Assembly (NCBI GenBank): GCA_965219535.1
Contig: CBDCNV010000002.1
Span: 2,040,001-2,072,000 of the forward strand
DNA: 32,000 nucleotides
Direction: 5' to 3'
DNA from: Opitutales bacterium
GTDB taxonomy: Bacteria > Verrucomicrobiota > Verrucomicrobiia > Opitutales > PNEW01
Positions within the stretch are counted from its first letter, which is position 1. Every line of letters starts with the position of its first letter. The notes beneath the pieces were generated by a model. That model worked only from the letters and a program-made list of their open reading frames with translations. It had not been told where the DNA came from and made no database searches. A program made the translations under genes and the position numbers. Positions 19,981-26,513 of the stretch are shown here, piece after piece.

Positions 19981-20373
19981 ATGAAAGAAAATAGTTTATT
20001 ATTTTTAATATTTGCGGTGGTAATAATTCTCACAGGTTGTGGTGAAAAAGACAATTCAGCGCCTTATGTTGTCAATACCTTCCCCGAGAACGGGAGCCAG
20101 GATGTTGACCCCTCGGTAAATGAATTATCCGTCACCTTTAATGAAGCGATGATGGATGGGAACTGGTCATGGGCATACACGAAGATAAGTGAATTCCCAA
20201 CGATGAGAGGGGATCCGCATTTTACGGAAAATTATACGACCAAAATTTTACCCGTAAAATTAGAGCCCAATAAAGAATATGTAATTTGGCTGAACAGTGA
20301 AAAATTTCAAAACTTCAAGGACCGCAGTGGAAATCCGCTCGTACCCTTTAGATTTTCCTTTAAAACCAAATAA
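19981..20373 (+). CDS. Small lipoprotein with a bacterial Ig-like (SbsA-type) domain
   Basis: Lipobox LTGC after a hydrophobic leader (MKENSLLFLIFAVVIILTGC). FPENGSQDVDPSVNELSVTFNEAM resembles SbsA_Ig-type domains. I prefer ATG 19981 over the TTG at 19963. Confidence 0.65.
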   Translation: MKENSLLFLIFAVVIILTGCGEKDNSAPYVVNTFPENGSQDVDPSVNELSVTFNEAMMDGNWSWAYTKISEFPTMRGDPHFTENYTTKILPVKLEPNKEYVIWLNSEKFQNFKDRSGNPLVPFRFSFKTK

Positions 20374-20401
20374 GATATCCAGTTACGCTATTCATTAGTA
20401 A

Positions 20402-20447
20402 CTGGTAGGCCGGCCGGGACTTGAACCCGGAACCAATGGCTTAAAAG
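20402..20447 (-). repeat. Displaced copy of the 3' half of tRNA-Lys (att-type direct repeat)
   Basis: 46/46 nt identical to 24166-24211. It covers anticodon-loop position 32 through CCA plus 1 nt. Identity stops abruptly at 20448. Confidence 0.9.
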
Positions 20448-20484
20448 ATCTCTTTCCCCATTCTATTTCTTCCCTGCTCATTTA

Positions 20485-20654
20485 TCAGCTTTCCACACCA
20501 AAGAACCCGTGCCCTGGCTTCACATGTGCCCGCGCGACTTCATCGTTCAACTCGACGCCGAGTTCGGGACCGGTGGGAACAACGAACCTACCATTCTTAA
20601 TCAGCGGTTCCGGGGAGCTTACCAGGTCCCACCGCCAGGGAACCTGGTCCCCGT
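20485..20654 (-). pseudogene. C-terminal remnant of an enolase-superfamily (MR/MLE-type dehydratase-like) gene
   Basis: The minus-strand tail ...LIKNGRFVVPTGPELGVELNDEVARAHVKPG resembles the G.hhhP..PGLGVElde C-terminus of mandelate racemase/muconate lactonising-type enzymes. No N-terminal part is present. Confidence 0.4.
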
Positions 20655-20684
20655 GCCAGGGACTTCCCGGATCGATATATATCG

Positions 20685-20747
20685 TGATCGGACCCCGTTT
20701 TTCGTACCAGTTTAAATGATAGAATTTCCGGGTGTTAATGGTTTTAG
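20685..20747 (-). mobile_element. Solo terminal remnant (~63 bp) of an IS3-family element related to the copy at 10649-11993
   Basis: TGATCGGACCCCGTTTTTCGTACCAGTTTAAATGATAGAATTTCCGGGTGTTAATGGTTTTAG matches the reverse complement of 11931-11993 with scattered mismatches. Similarity ends at 20748. Confidence 0.8.
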
Positions 20748-20816
20748 TTGAGATTTGCCATATTAACATTCATATAGTAAATCTCAGATTAATTAAATAA
20801 TCTACAAATAATAATA

Positions 20817-21662
20817 ATGATCCAGGAAAATTACAGTCTTACAAAATACCAGATCCAGCATTTCGAAGTTTTCGGGTTCTTGGTTCGGAGAAATATGTTC
20901 AGTCCCGAGGAAATTAATAAAATTAACGAGGAGTTCGATTTTCGCCTTGCATCGCTTCAGGCAGAAGCAGATCCAAACCAAGATCGGCTTTCCAATAACT
21001 GGCCTAACCGAAACCCGGAAACCCCTTTTATTGCCAGCTTGCTCGAAGACCCGCGTATTTATGTGCCCTCTGAACAGATAGTAGGCGAGGACTGTGTTCC
21101 CGTTCACTCCAATGCCAACAGCTATGCAGATAGTACCTCCTGGCATCCGGATACGTCAGATCCCCATTTATTAATGGTCAAAAATGTCATGTATCTTCAA
21201 CCGACAACCGGTGCCCGTGGAGCCTTAAGGGTTATTCCCGGTTCACACAAAACACCGTTGCATGAAGAGCTACTTCGCATTGGGTTGAATAAATCCGATG
21301 ATAACGAATCGCAGTTTCTAAAAGAGTCCGGTCTGCAAGGTGAAGATATTCCCTGCTATATATTCAGTTCGCAGCCGGGCGATATCATTACCTTCAACGA
21401 GTTAACCTGGCATGCTGCCTTTGGCGGCTATAGAGACCGCCGCACTTGCACCTTTAATTTTTTTCGCAACCCGAAGACACCCGAAGAGAAAGAGTCGATG
21501 CGAAAAGAGGTGGAACACACTCCTGAAGACAATAAGAGCTTGGGAACGGTGGGGTTGCAATATCATTCCTGGTGGTTGGAAAATCCTGAAAATAACCCCA
21601 GGCGCGCCCGTTGGATTAATTGGTTGAAAGAATGGGGTTTCGTGGAAGCATATAATAATTAA
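20817..21662 (+). CDS. PhyH-type Fe(II)/2-oxoglutarate dioxygenase, paralogue 1
   Basis: 281 aa. HxD motif WHPDTSD, GALRVIPGSHK, and distal His in LTWHAAFGG. Colinear with 22426-23283, roughly 45% identity by eye. Confidence 0.8.
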   Translation: MIQENYSLTKYQIQHFEVFGFLVRRNMFSPEEINKINEEFDFRLASLQAEADPNQDRLSNNWPNRNPETPFIASLLEDPRIYVPSEQIVGEDCVPVHSNANSYADSTSWHPDTSDPHLLMVKNVMYLQPTTGARGALRVIPGSHKTPLHEELLRIGLNKSDDNESQFLKESGLQGEDIPCYIFSSQPGDIITFNELTWHAAFGGYRDRRTCTFNFFRNPKTPEEKESMRKEVEHTPEDNKSLGTVGLQYHSWWLENPENNPRRARWINWLKEWGFVEAYNN

Positions 21663-21671
21663 GGGTCATGC

Positions 21672-22346
21672 CTAGAACAGAGGGTATCTTAAGCACATAT
21701 TAAGGATGTTACGATGGAGGTTTTGATGACGATGGTTAAAGCGATATTCAGTTTCTTTGAGGTGCAGTTGGAAGGTCCTACGAGAAAGACCTTTGAACTT
21801 AGCCAATCGAAGTTTAGCAAAAGCCCAAAAAGATTCAATCCCGTTAATGTGGGAGTGTCCCTGGGCAAACTCGTTGTCGTTGTGATTGACACGGTAATGC
21901 TTCTTATAGCCCAGATCCACGAGGCCGTTGTAAGCACGCCACCCGTCAGAATAAAGCACACTGTCAAAAGTAACTCTCCCTTGGATCACCGCATGCAGAG
22001 CGGCTCTGGAGACGTTGCGTACAACCTGGGTATAGACTTTCCCATTACGCTTGAGCAACCCGAAGACGGGCACTTTCTTGAATGCACCCCGACCTCTTTG
22101 CCCTGGAATTCTTTTGCCTCCAAAGTAGGACTCATCCATTTCCACCGACCCCCTAAAAGGCGAGGCCTGCGCACATTGCTGCAACAAACGCTCCCGCAAC
22201 AAGCGCAAATAACGGTTGACCGTGTTACGATTCAATCCTGTCAATTGGGCTATCTTCAACGCTTCCATATCCAAGCTAAAACACTTTACTAACTGCCGAA
22301 ATTTGGCCTCAGAAATTTTTGAACGATGTACATACTTATTTCTCAT
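21672..22346 (-). CDS. IS1595-family DDE transposase
   Basis: 224 aa. N-terminal HTH (IAQLTGLNRNTVNRYLRLLR), then VEMDESYFGGKR...GRG...VFGLLKRNGKVYT...LYSDGWRAYNGL...HYRVNH...HINGIESFWAFAKLRL, typical of ISXO2/IS1016-type enzymes. Confidence 0.9.
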   Translation of the reverse strand: MRNKYVHRSKISEAKFRQLVKCFSLDMEALKIAQLTGLNRNTVNRYLRLLRERLLQQCAQASPFRGSVEMDESYFGGKRIPGQRGRGAFKKVPVFGLLKRNGKVYTQVVRNVSRAALHAVIQGRVTFDSVLYSDGWRAYNGLVDLGYKKHYRVNHNDNEFAQGHSHINGIESFWAFAKLRLAKFKGLSRRTFQLHLKETEYRFNHRHQNLHRNILNMCLRYPLF

Positions 22347-22350
22347 TTGT

Positions 22351-22388
22351 CTAGAATAGCTTACACATCTGATATGTGTCTATTCTAG
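22351..22388 (-). promoter_or_regulatory. Long hairpin in the transposase 5' leader that overlaps the inner part of the IS terminal repeat
   Basis: CTAGAATAG (22351-22359) pairs with CTATTCTAG (22380-22388). An inner ACACAT/ATGTGT pairing lies between them. The structure lies immediately upstream of the transposase ATG (22346). Many IS elements use such structures to damp translation from read-through transcripts. Confidence 0.4.
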
Positions 22389-22425
22389 GCATGACCCATA
22401 ATTAAATAATCAATAAATAATAATC

Positions 22426-23283
22426 ATGATTCAGGAAAAGCACAGCCTCTCCGAACACGAGATCGAACATTTTAAAGTATTCGGTTTCATCTTACGGCGA
22501 AAAGTTTTCACCCCGGATGAAGTTCGATTAATTAATGAAGAGTTCGATAAGGGAAAAGCGTTTGCACTGCGTGTGCGCGACAACTCAGCACTTAATATAC
22601 GAGGGCAGATGAACTGGTCTAACCTGGGGCCGGAATCACCATTTCTCGCCAGTTTGTTGGAAGATGAGCGTATATGCGGAGCAGCAGAGCAACTCTTGGG
22701 GCATGATGTCATTGGAGTTTCTTCTAACTGCAATGCTTTTGCCGGTGACCGCACCGAGTGGCATCCAGATACTGATAATCCTAATTATTATGGAGCCAAG
22801 TTTCTTATCTATCCTCAGTTTCTTGATGAAAACAGTGGAGCGTTGCGGGTAATTCCCGGGTCAAACCATACGGCTTATTCGGTTGAACTGCATCGCATGG
22901 GTCTATTTGGATCACCTCATTCAGGAGAGAGTTTATATCTCAGTAAATCCGGGCTCGAGATTAAAGATATCCCCTGTTACGTGTGTAGAATAGAACCCGG
23001 TGATGTGATTATCTTTGACTATAAAATCTGGCATTCCACTTGGGGTGGTTCGAAGGATCGACGAATGATCAGCTATAACTTTTCCAAAAATCCCAAGACA
23101 CCTGAAGAAGAGAAATTAATGAGTGGAATGGTGGAGGGGGATCGTAAGATCAGGGAGAGCTTAAGGTCTCCGGGGCTTCAATATTACCCAGAATGGGTCG
23201 CCAATCCGGAAGGAAATAAAAGGCGTGAACGCTGGATAAAATGGCTGCGCGAGAAAGGGGCATTCGGGGCTCCGCAAAACTGA
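22426..23283 (+). CDS. PhyH-type Fe(II)/2-oxoglutarate dioxygenase, paralogue 2
   Basis: 285 aa. Motifs WHPDTDN, GALRVIPGSNH and KIWHSTWGG. The N-terminus MIQEKHSLSEHEIEHFKVFGF and the upstream leader both parallel paralogue 1. Confidence 0.8.
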   Translation: MIQEKHSLSEHEIEHFKVFGFILRRKVFTPDEVRLINEEFDKGKAFALRVRDNSALNIRGQMNWSNLGPESPFLASLLEDERICGAAEQLLGHDVIGVSSNCNAFAGDRTEWHPDTDNPNYYGAKFLIYPQFLDENSGALRVIPGSNHTAYSVELHRMGLFGSPHSGESLYLSKSGLEIKDIPCYVCRIEPGDVIIFDYKIWHSTWGGSKDRRMISYNFSKNPKTPEEEKLMSGMVEGDRKIRESLRSPGLQYYPEWVANPEGNKRRERWIKWLREKGAFGAPQN

Positions 23284-23369
23284 CTATTTAAATAACCCAA
23301 GCTTTAGTTGTCGGAGCTATTCGCGATTAAGCGTTCTCGAGGCCATTAAATCTTACAGCGAAAAGCTAA

Positions 23370-23663
23370 GCGATTACCGCAAGTGATCATCAAGTCGTTA
23401 TCTACGAAACTAGGGGGGAAGTTCAGGGGATTGACCTCTCCCAGCCGATGTCCGATGAGACGTTCAAGCAGATCCACGACGCCTTTCTGAATTACTGCGT
23501 CCTCCTCTTCCGAAACCAGAAAATCACGCCGAAACAGCACATCGCCTTCAGCCGACGCTTCGGAAACCTGGAAGAGCACGTCGTCTCCCAATACCTGCTA
23601 CCGGGCTACCCGGAGATCTTCGTCCTGTCCAACATCGTGGAGAATGGTCGAAAGATCGGCCCC
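23370..23663 (+). pseudogene. N-terminal fragment of a TauD/TfdA-family Fe(II)/2OG dioxygenase
   Basis: The frame reads ...VVIYETRGEVQGIDLSQPMSDETFKQIHDAFLNYCVLLFRNQKITPKQHIAFSRRFGNLEEHV...PGYPEIFVLSNIVENGRKIG, which matches the TauD N-terminal region. There is no plausible start before the conserved beta-strand. Similarity is lost near 23663, before the catalytic HxD. Confidence 0.7.
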
Positions 23664-23710
23664 AAGCTTATTTCTCTCATCATTAGTTCTCAGGTTTTAT
23701 TATTTTAAAA

Positions 23711-23872
23711 CTATAATTTAAAACCATCTTGTACCCGCTTATTTGGCACCTCAGCAAATCTGAGAAATCCAGTGCTAGAAGTTTTTTTCAACCACTTAAA
23801 GAAAGCACCGGGTAAAATATGACTTAATTGGAGCTCAGCAGTTTTTTCACAGAGTTCGCATTTCCCAGTCAT
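23711..23872 (-). CDS. Short ORF (53 codons, below the track cutoff) with a CxxC...SHILP motif; possibly a truncated gene
   Basis: My own translation is MTGKCELCEKTAELQLSHILPGAFFKWLKKTSSTGFLRFAEVPNKRVQDGFKL*. The CxxC-x9-(S/H)HxxP spacing is reminiscent of HNH/zinc-ribbon N-termini. The ORF runs toward the junction with the TauD fragment. Confidence 0.3.
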   Translation of the reverse strand: MTGKCELCEKTAELQLSHILPGAFFKWLKKTSSTGFLRFAEVPNKRVQDGFKL

Positions 23873-23937
23873 AAAAAGTCTAATTTAAGGAATAGGGGGT
23901 ATAATTATTGGGTGTGGTCGATAGCCTAATTAATATC

Positions 23938-24084
23938 ATTTGCCCACATATAAAGCAAGAGGCTCACAATATCGATTTAGTATAAGAAACGTTACAAGAC
24001 GAGTTTTTGTGCAAAGGCTATTTAGGCAACTGCGCTAAATTATTTGCCCAATATTTGCCCAAAATCGTTCATCAATGGGCAAAT
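23938..24084. promoter_or_regulatory. Cluster of four ATTTGCCCA sites (three direct, one inverted) next to the tRNA-Lys 3' end; candidate recombinase arm-type or repressor sites
   Basis: Exact 9-mers lie at 23938-23946, 24042-24050 and 24053-24061. The last two are 11 bp apart start to start. An inverted copy TGGGCAAAT lies at 24076-24084. Confidence 0.45.
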
Positions 24085-24166
24085 TACTTTCATCTCATTT
24101 CAACACTCTGATTTTAGACAACCGCTCTTAAACTCGCTGTTTAAGCCGGATTCTCGCTATTTAAGC

Positions 24167-24243
24167 TGGTAGGCCGGCCGGGACTTGAACCCGGAACCAA
24201 TGGCTTAAAAGGCCACTGCTCTACCAAATTGAGCTACCGACCC
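24167..24243 (-). tRNA. tRNA-Lys (anticodon UUU), CCA encoded
   Basis: The reverse complement GGGTCGG TA GCTC AATTTGGTA GAGC A GTGGC CTTTTAA GCCAT TGGTT CCGGG TTCAAGT CCCGG CCGGCCT A CCA folds as a 77-nt cloverleaf, with two G-U pairs in the acceptor stem. Confidence 0.9.
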
Positions 24244-24391
24244 GAGAGATATATGATGCTGATTCATGGTCTGATCATCAAAAATAAAATGCAATAATTA
24301 ATGTCAGACTGTTGATGATAGGGGTAATCAATAAATGTGGAAATCTTTTATTATCTAAGGTATGTCAAGACTGAAAGAAAAAGGGCGAACC

Positions 24392-25474
24392 TTAAATTTT
24401 GCGAATATTTTTAATACGATGAAAACTAAGGTAGTTAGCATCATGGGCTGCAGACGCACCGCCAAGCCCATCGTCGTAGGCTGTTCTCGAGACCGCGATG
24501 ATATCATCATCCTCAAATAACCAGTCCACGTACTGCCAGGCGTGATACACCTCGTCGGGGTGCTGGAAAAGTATCGCTTCGACCTTCCAGTTCCATAGAT
24601 CCGCAGATGAAGTGAGGACGAGTATATTACGGTAAGCTTTGGGATTGGTCTGCTTGCTTCCGATGGACCAGTAACGGGAAGTCTTTTCGTCATAGCGGAT
24701 GGTGAACTTTGAACTACCTCCCGGAAAGTAAATGATGTCCTTGTCGCGATCGTGCGAAAGATCAAAACCGTCATCCGTTATGTGCACGATTACCGCTTTG
24801 TCGCCTCCTTCCCCGTTAGCTCGCAGAATGTCGACGAGCTTCCCTTCTGGGGTTAAAATGATGTTTCCCTCGATCCACTCTATCCACTTGGAATCGGGCC
24901 AGTCATATTTGAACGGCTTACTTATACGCCAGTTATCTGCTTTGAGCAGTTCTGAATCCAAGGCGATCGAAAAAACGAGCACCGACCATTGAGGGCGTTC
25001 TCCTTCTGCCAACTCATAGGCGCGCCAGATTCTTCCGTTATGAATCAATAGGGGTACCGGTGCGCAATGATAATGTGCATCGCCCCGGATGAGCCCGGAA
25101 TCTCCATCTTTGGGGTCCGTCCATGTATTTCCTCCATCCTCGGATCTGCGAATGACGACGTCACCGTACTCGCGACTGGTACCTATAAGATAGAGAGTAT
25201 CATCATGAATAAAAAGAGTGGACCACCACTGCCCTTTAAAACGGGAGAGTTGTTTCCAACTTTCCCCTCTGTCGTCAGAGCCGTAAACAGCCATTTCATT
25301 GTCTTCCGTCCCCGGTCCGAAAAAGTCATGAGCGGCGACGTAATTTCCGTTTGGAAGAACAATCAGAGTAGGGGAACCGATGAAAGCCTGGCTACTGGCT
25401 GGACAGTGCGAAATTACAGTTCCGGGAACTTTCGAATGATCCGGCAGTCGTTGTTCTTTATCATTTGTAGACAT
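24392..25474 (-). CDS. BNR/Asp-box repeat beta-propeller protein (sialidase superfamily-like, function unknown)
   Basis: 360 aa. Asp-boxes YGSDDRGESW and RRSEDGGNTW. I saw no FRIP motif. The annotated start has no signal peptide (see the finding on the upstream out-of-frame leader). Confidence 0.7.
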   Translation of the reverse strand: MSTNDKEQRLPDHSKVPGTVISHCPASSQAFIGSPTLIVLPNGNYVAAHDFFGPGTEDNEMAVYGSDDRGESWKQLSRFKGQWWSTLFIHDDTLYLIGTSREYGDVVIRRSEDGGNTWTDPKDGDSGLIRGDAHYHCAPVPLLIHNGRIWRAYELAEGERPQWSVLVFSIALDSELLKADNWRISKPFKYDWPDSKWIEWIEGNIILTPEGKLVDILRANGEGGDKAVIVHITDDGFDLSHDRDKDIIYFPGGSSKFTIRYDEKTSRYWSIGSKQTNPKAYRNILVLTSSADLWNWKVEAILFQHPDEVYHAWQYVDWLFEDDDIIAVSRTAYDDGLGGASAAHDANYLSFHRIKNIRKI

Positions 25475-25556
25475 AAAAAAGCTATAATGAGAAAGCCGAT
25501 CGTGATCATTGCAGGTTGTTTCATGGAGGAAGTAGTGATTTTGAATAATTCACTCT

Positions 25557-26315
25557 TTAAATTCGCACACGAAAATCATTATTACCGGAACGATCGATAC
25601 CACGCATGAGGAAAAGCGAACGCTCAGGAGCTGTCGATGTACCGTTTTGCCTGTTCTGACGCTCAATATCGCGATCGTAAACGGATGTGGCAGGCATGAA
25701 CCTGAGGGTTAAACCGCGTCGAGACTTATTTGATCTGTTGGCCTTCGATCCATGTGCGAGGTAAACATCGTGAATCGACATCTGACCTGCTTCGAGAATG
25801 ATGTCATGTGCTTGCTTCTCATCAAATTCAGATTTTTTTAGCTCAAGGGGTAAACTCAAGTCCGGGTCTTCGTTGAGTTCATGTTCAAGTAAACGTTTGT
25901 TTTTATGCGAACCAGGGATGACACGCAAACAACCGTTTTCGATGTTAGAATCGTCCACTGCGATCCATACGGTGCAAGTAGCAAGCGGTCGAATAGGCCA
26001 ATACTCGCCGTCCTGGTGCCAAGGCGTGGTACTCCCGGTCTTTGCTGGCTTGGCGAAAAAGCTTTCATTCCAGAGGATAATGTCATCACCTAGAAGTTGT
26101 GACACGCAATTGAGAATTTCTGTATTACGCGCAAAATTAAGAAAACACATGTCAGATGCCAGTAAGGTCGAACAGAAATCAATGAATTGGGGTTGGTGTT
26201 CTATCAGATGATTATGGGCGTCACTTATCTCACACAAGATTGAATCCGGTAAGCGATAGTCAGGTATGACATAGCCATTTTCCCGGTAAAAAGAGAGTTG
26301 TTTTTCGGTCAACAT
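25557..26315 (-). CDS. PhyH-type Fe(II)/2-oxoglutarate dioxygenase, third diverged member
   Basis: MLTEKQLSFYRENGYV..., HxD in PWHQDGEYW, CLRVIPGSHK, and distal HGS. The ORF track extends to 26420, but the extra 35 codons look non-native. I prefer ATG 26315. Confidence 0.8.
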   Translation of the reverse strand: MLTEKQLSFYRENGYVIPDYRLPDSILCEISDAHNHLIEHQPQFIDFCSTLLASDMCFLNFARNTEILNCVSQLLGDDIILWNESFFAKPAKTGSTTPWHQDGEYWPIRPLATCTVWIAVDDSNIENGCLRVIPGSHKNKRLLEHELNEDPDLSLPLELKKSEFDEKQAHDIILEAGQMSIHDVYLAHGSKANRSNKSRRGLTLRFMPATSVYDRDIERQNRQNGTSTAPERSLFLMRGIDRSGNNDFRVRI

Positions 26316-26513
26316 TATGAATTCTGCTTTCTTTTGAGATTCATCGCGGAAAATAATATAAATAGTGCATGGCAAATAAAATAAAAGTATAAATGATCGT
26401 GCGCTCCGCACTTGAACCATAACGTAATATAGGTTAATTGAATATAATCAAAATGAAAGAAATATATACGCTTAGTCTTCTATAGTTAATCTAAAAGATA
26501 CAGGAATTCCATC

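Larger units (their letters stand above)
21663..22397 (-). mobile_element. IS1595-family (IS1016-like, 735 bp) insertion sequence, apparently intact
   Basis: Terminal IRs are GGGTCATGCCTAGAACAGA (21663-) and the reverse complement of ...TCTATTCTAGGCATGACCC (-22397), matching 18/19. A perfect 8-bp target duplication ATAATTAA sits at 21655-21662 and 22398-22405. It has a single uninterrupted transposase ORF. Confidence 0.9.

Noticed and set aside
20485-20769. 94-codon minus-strand ORF as a real gene
   Set aside because: It is a chimera of IS3-terminus sequence, a 27-nt IS-interior match and a dehydratase-like tail. I treat it as a scar, not a gene.
21714-22292. 192-codon plus-strand ORF inside the IS1595-family element
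   Set aside because: It is fully antisense to a transposase ORF with clear family motifs and has no recognisable motif of its own.
23346-23591. 81-codon minus-strand ORF across the TauD fragment
   Set aside because: The plus-strand frame carries clear TauD N-terminal similarity. The antisense ORF is a by-product of the GC-richer block.
23709-24166. Remnant of a tyrosine integrase gene next to tRNA-Lys
   Set aside because: I translated both strands by eye looking for the C-terminal HxxR...Y or LGH-type signatures. I found nothing convincing beyond the short CxxC ORF reported separately.
25067-25609. 180-codon plus-strand ORF overlapping the BNR gene start and the PhyH-type gene end
   Set aside because: It is antisense to two well-supported genes and has no motifs. 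Its only interesting part is the region discussed as the out-of-frame leader on the other strand.
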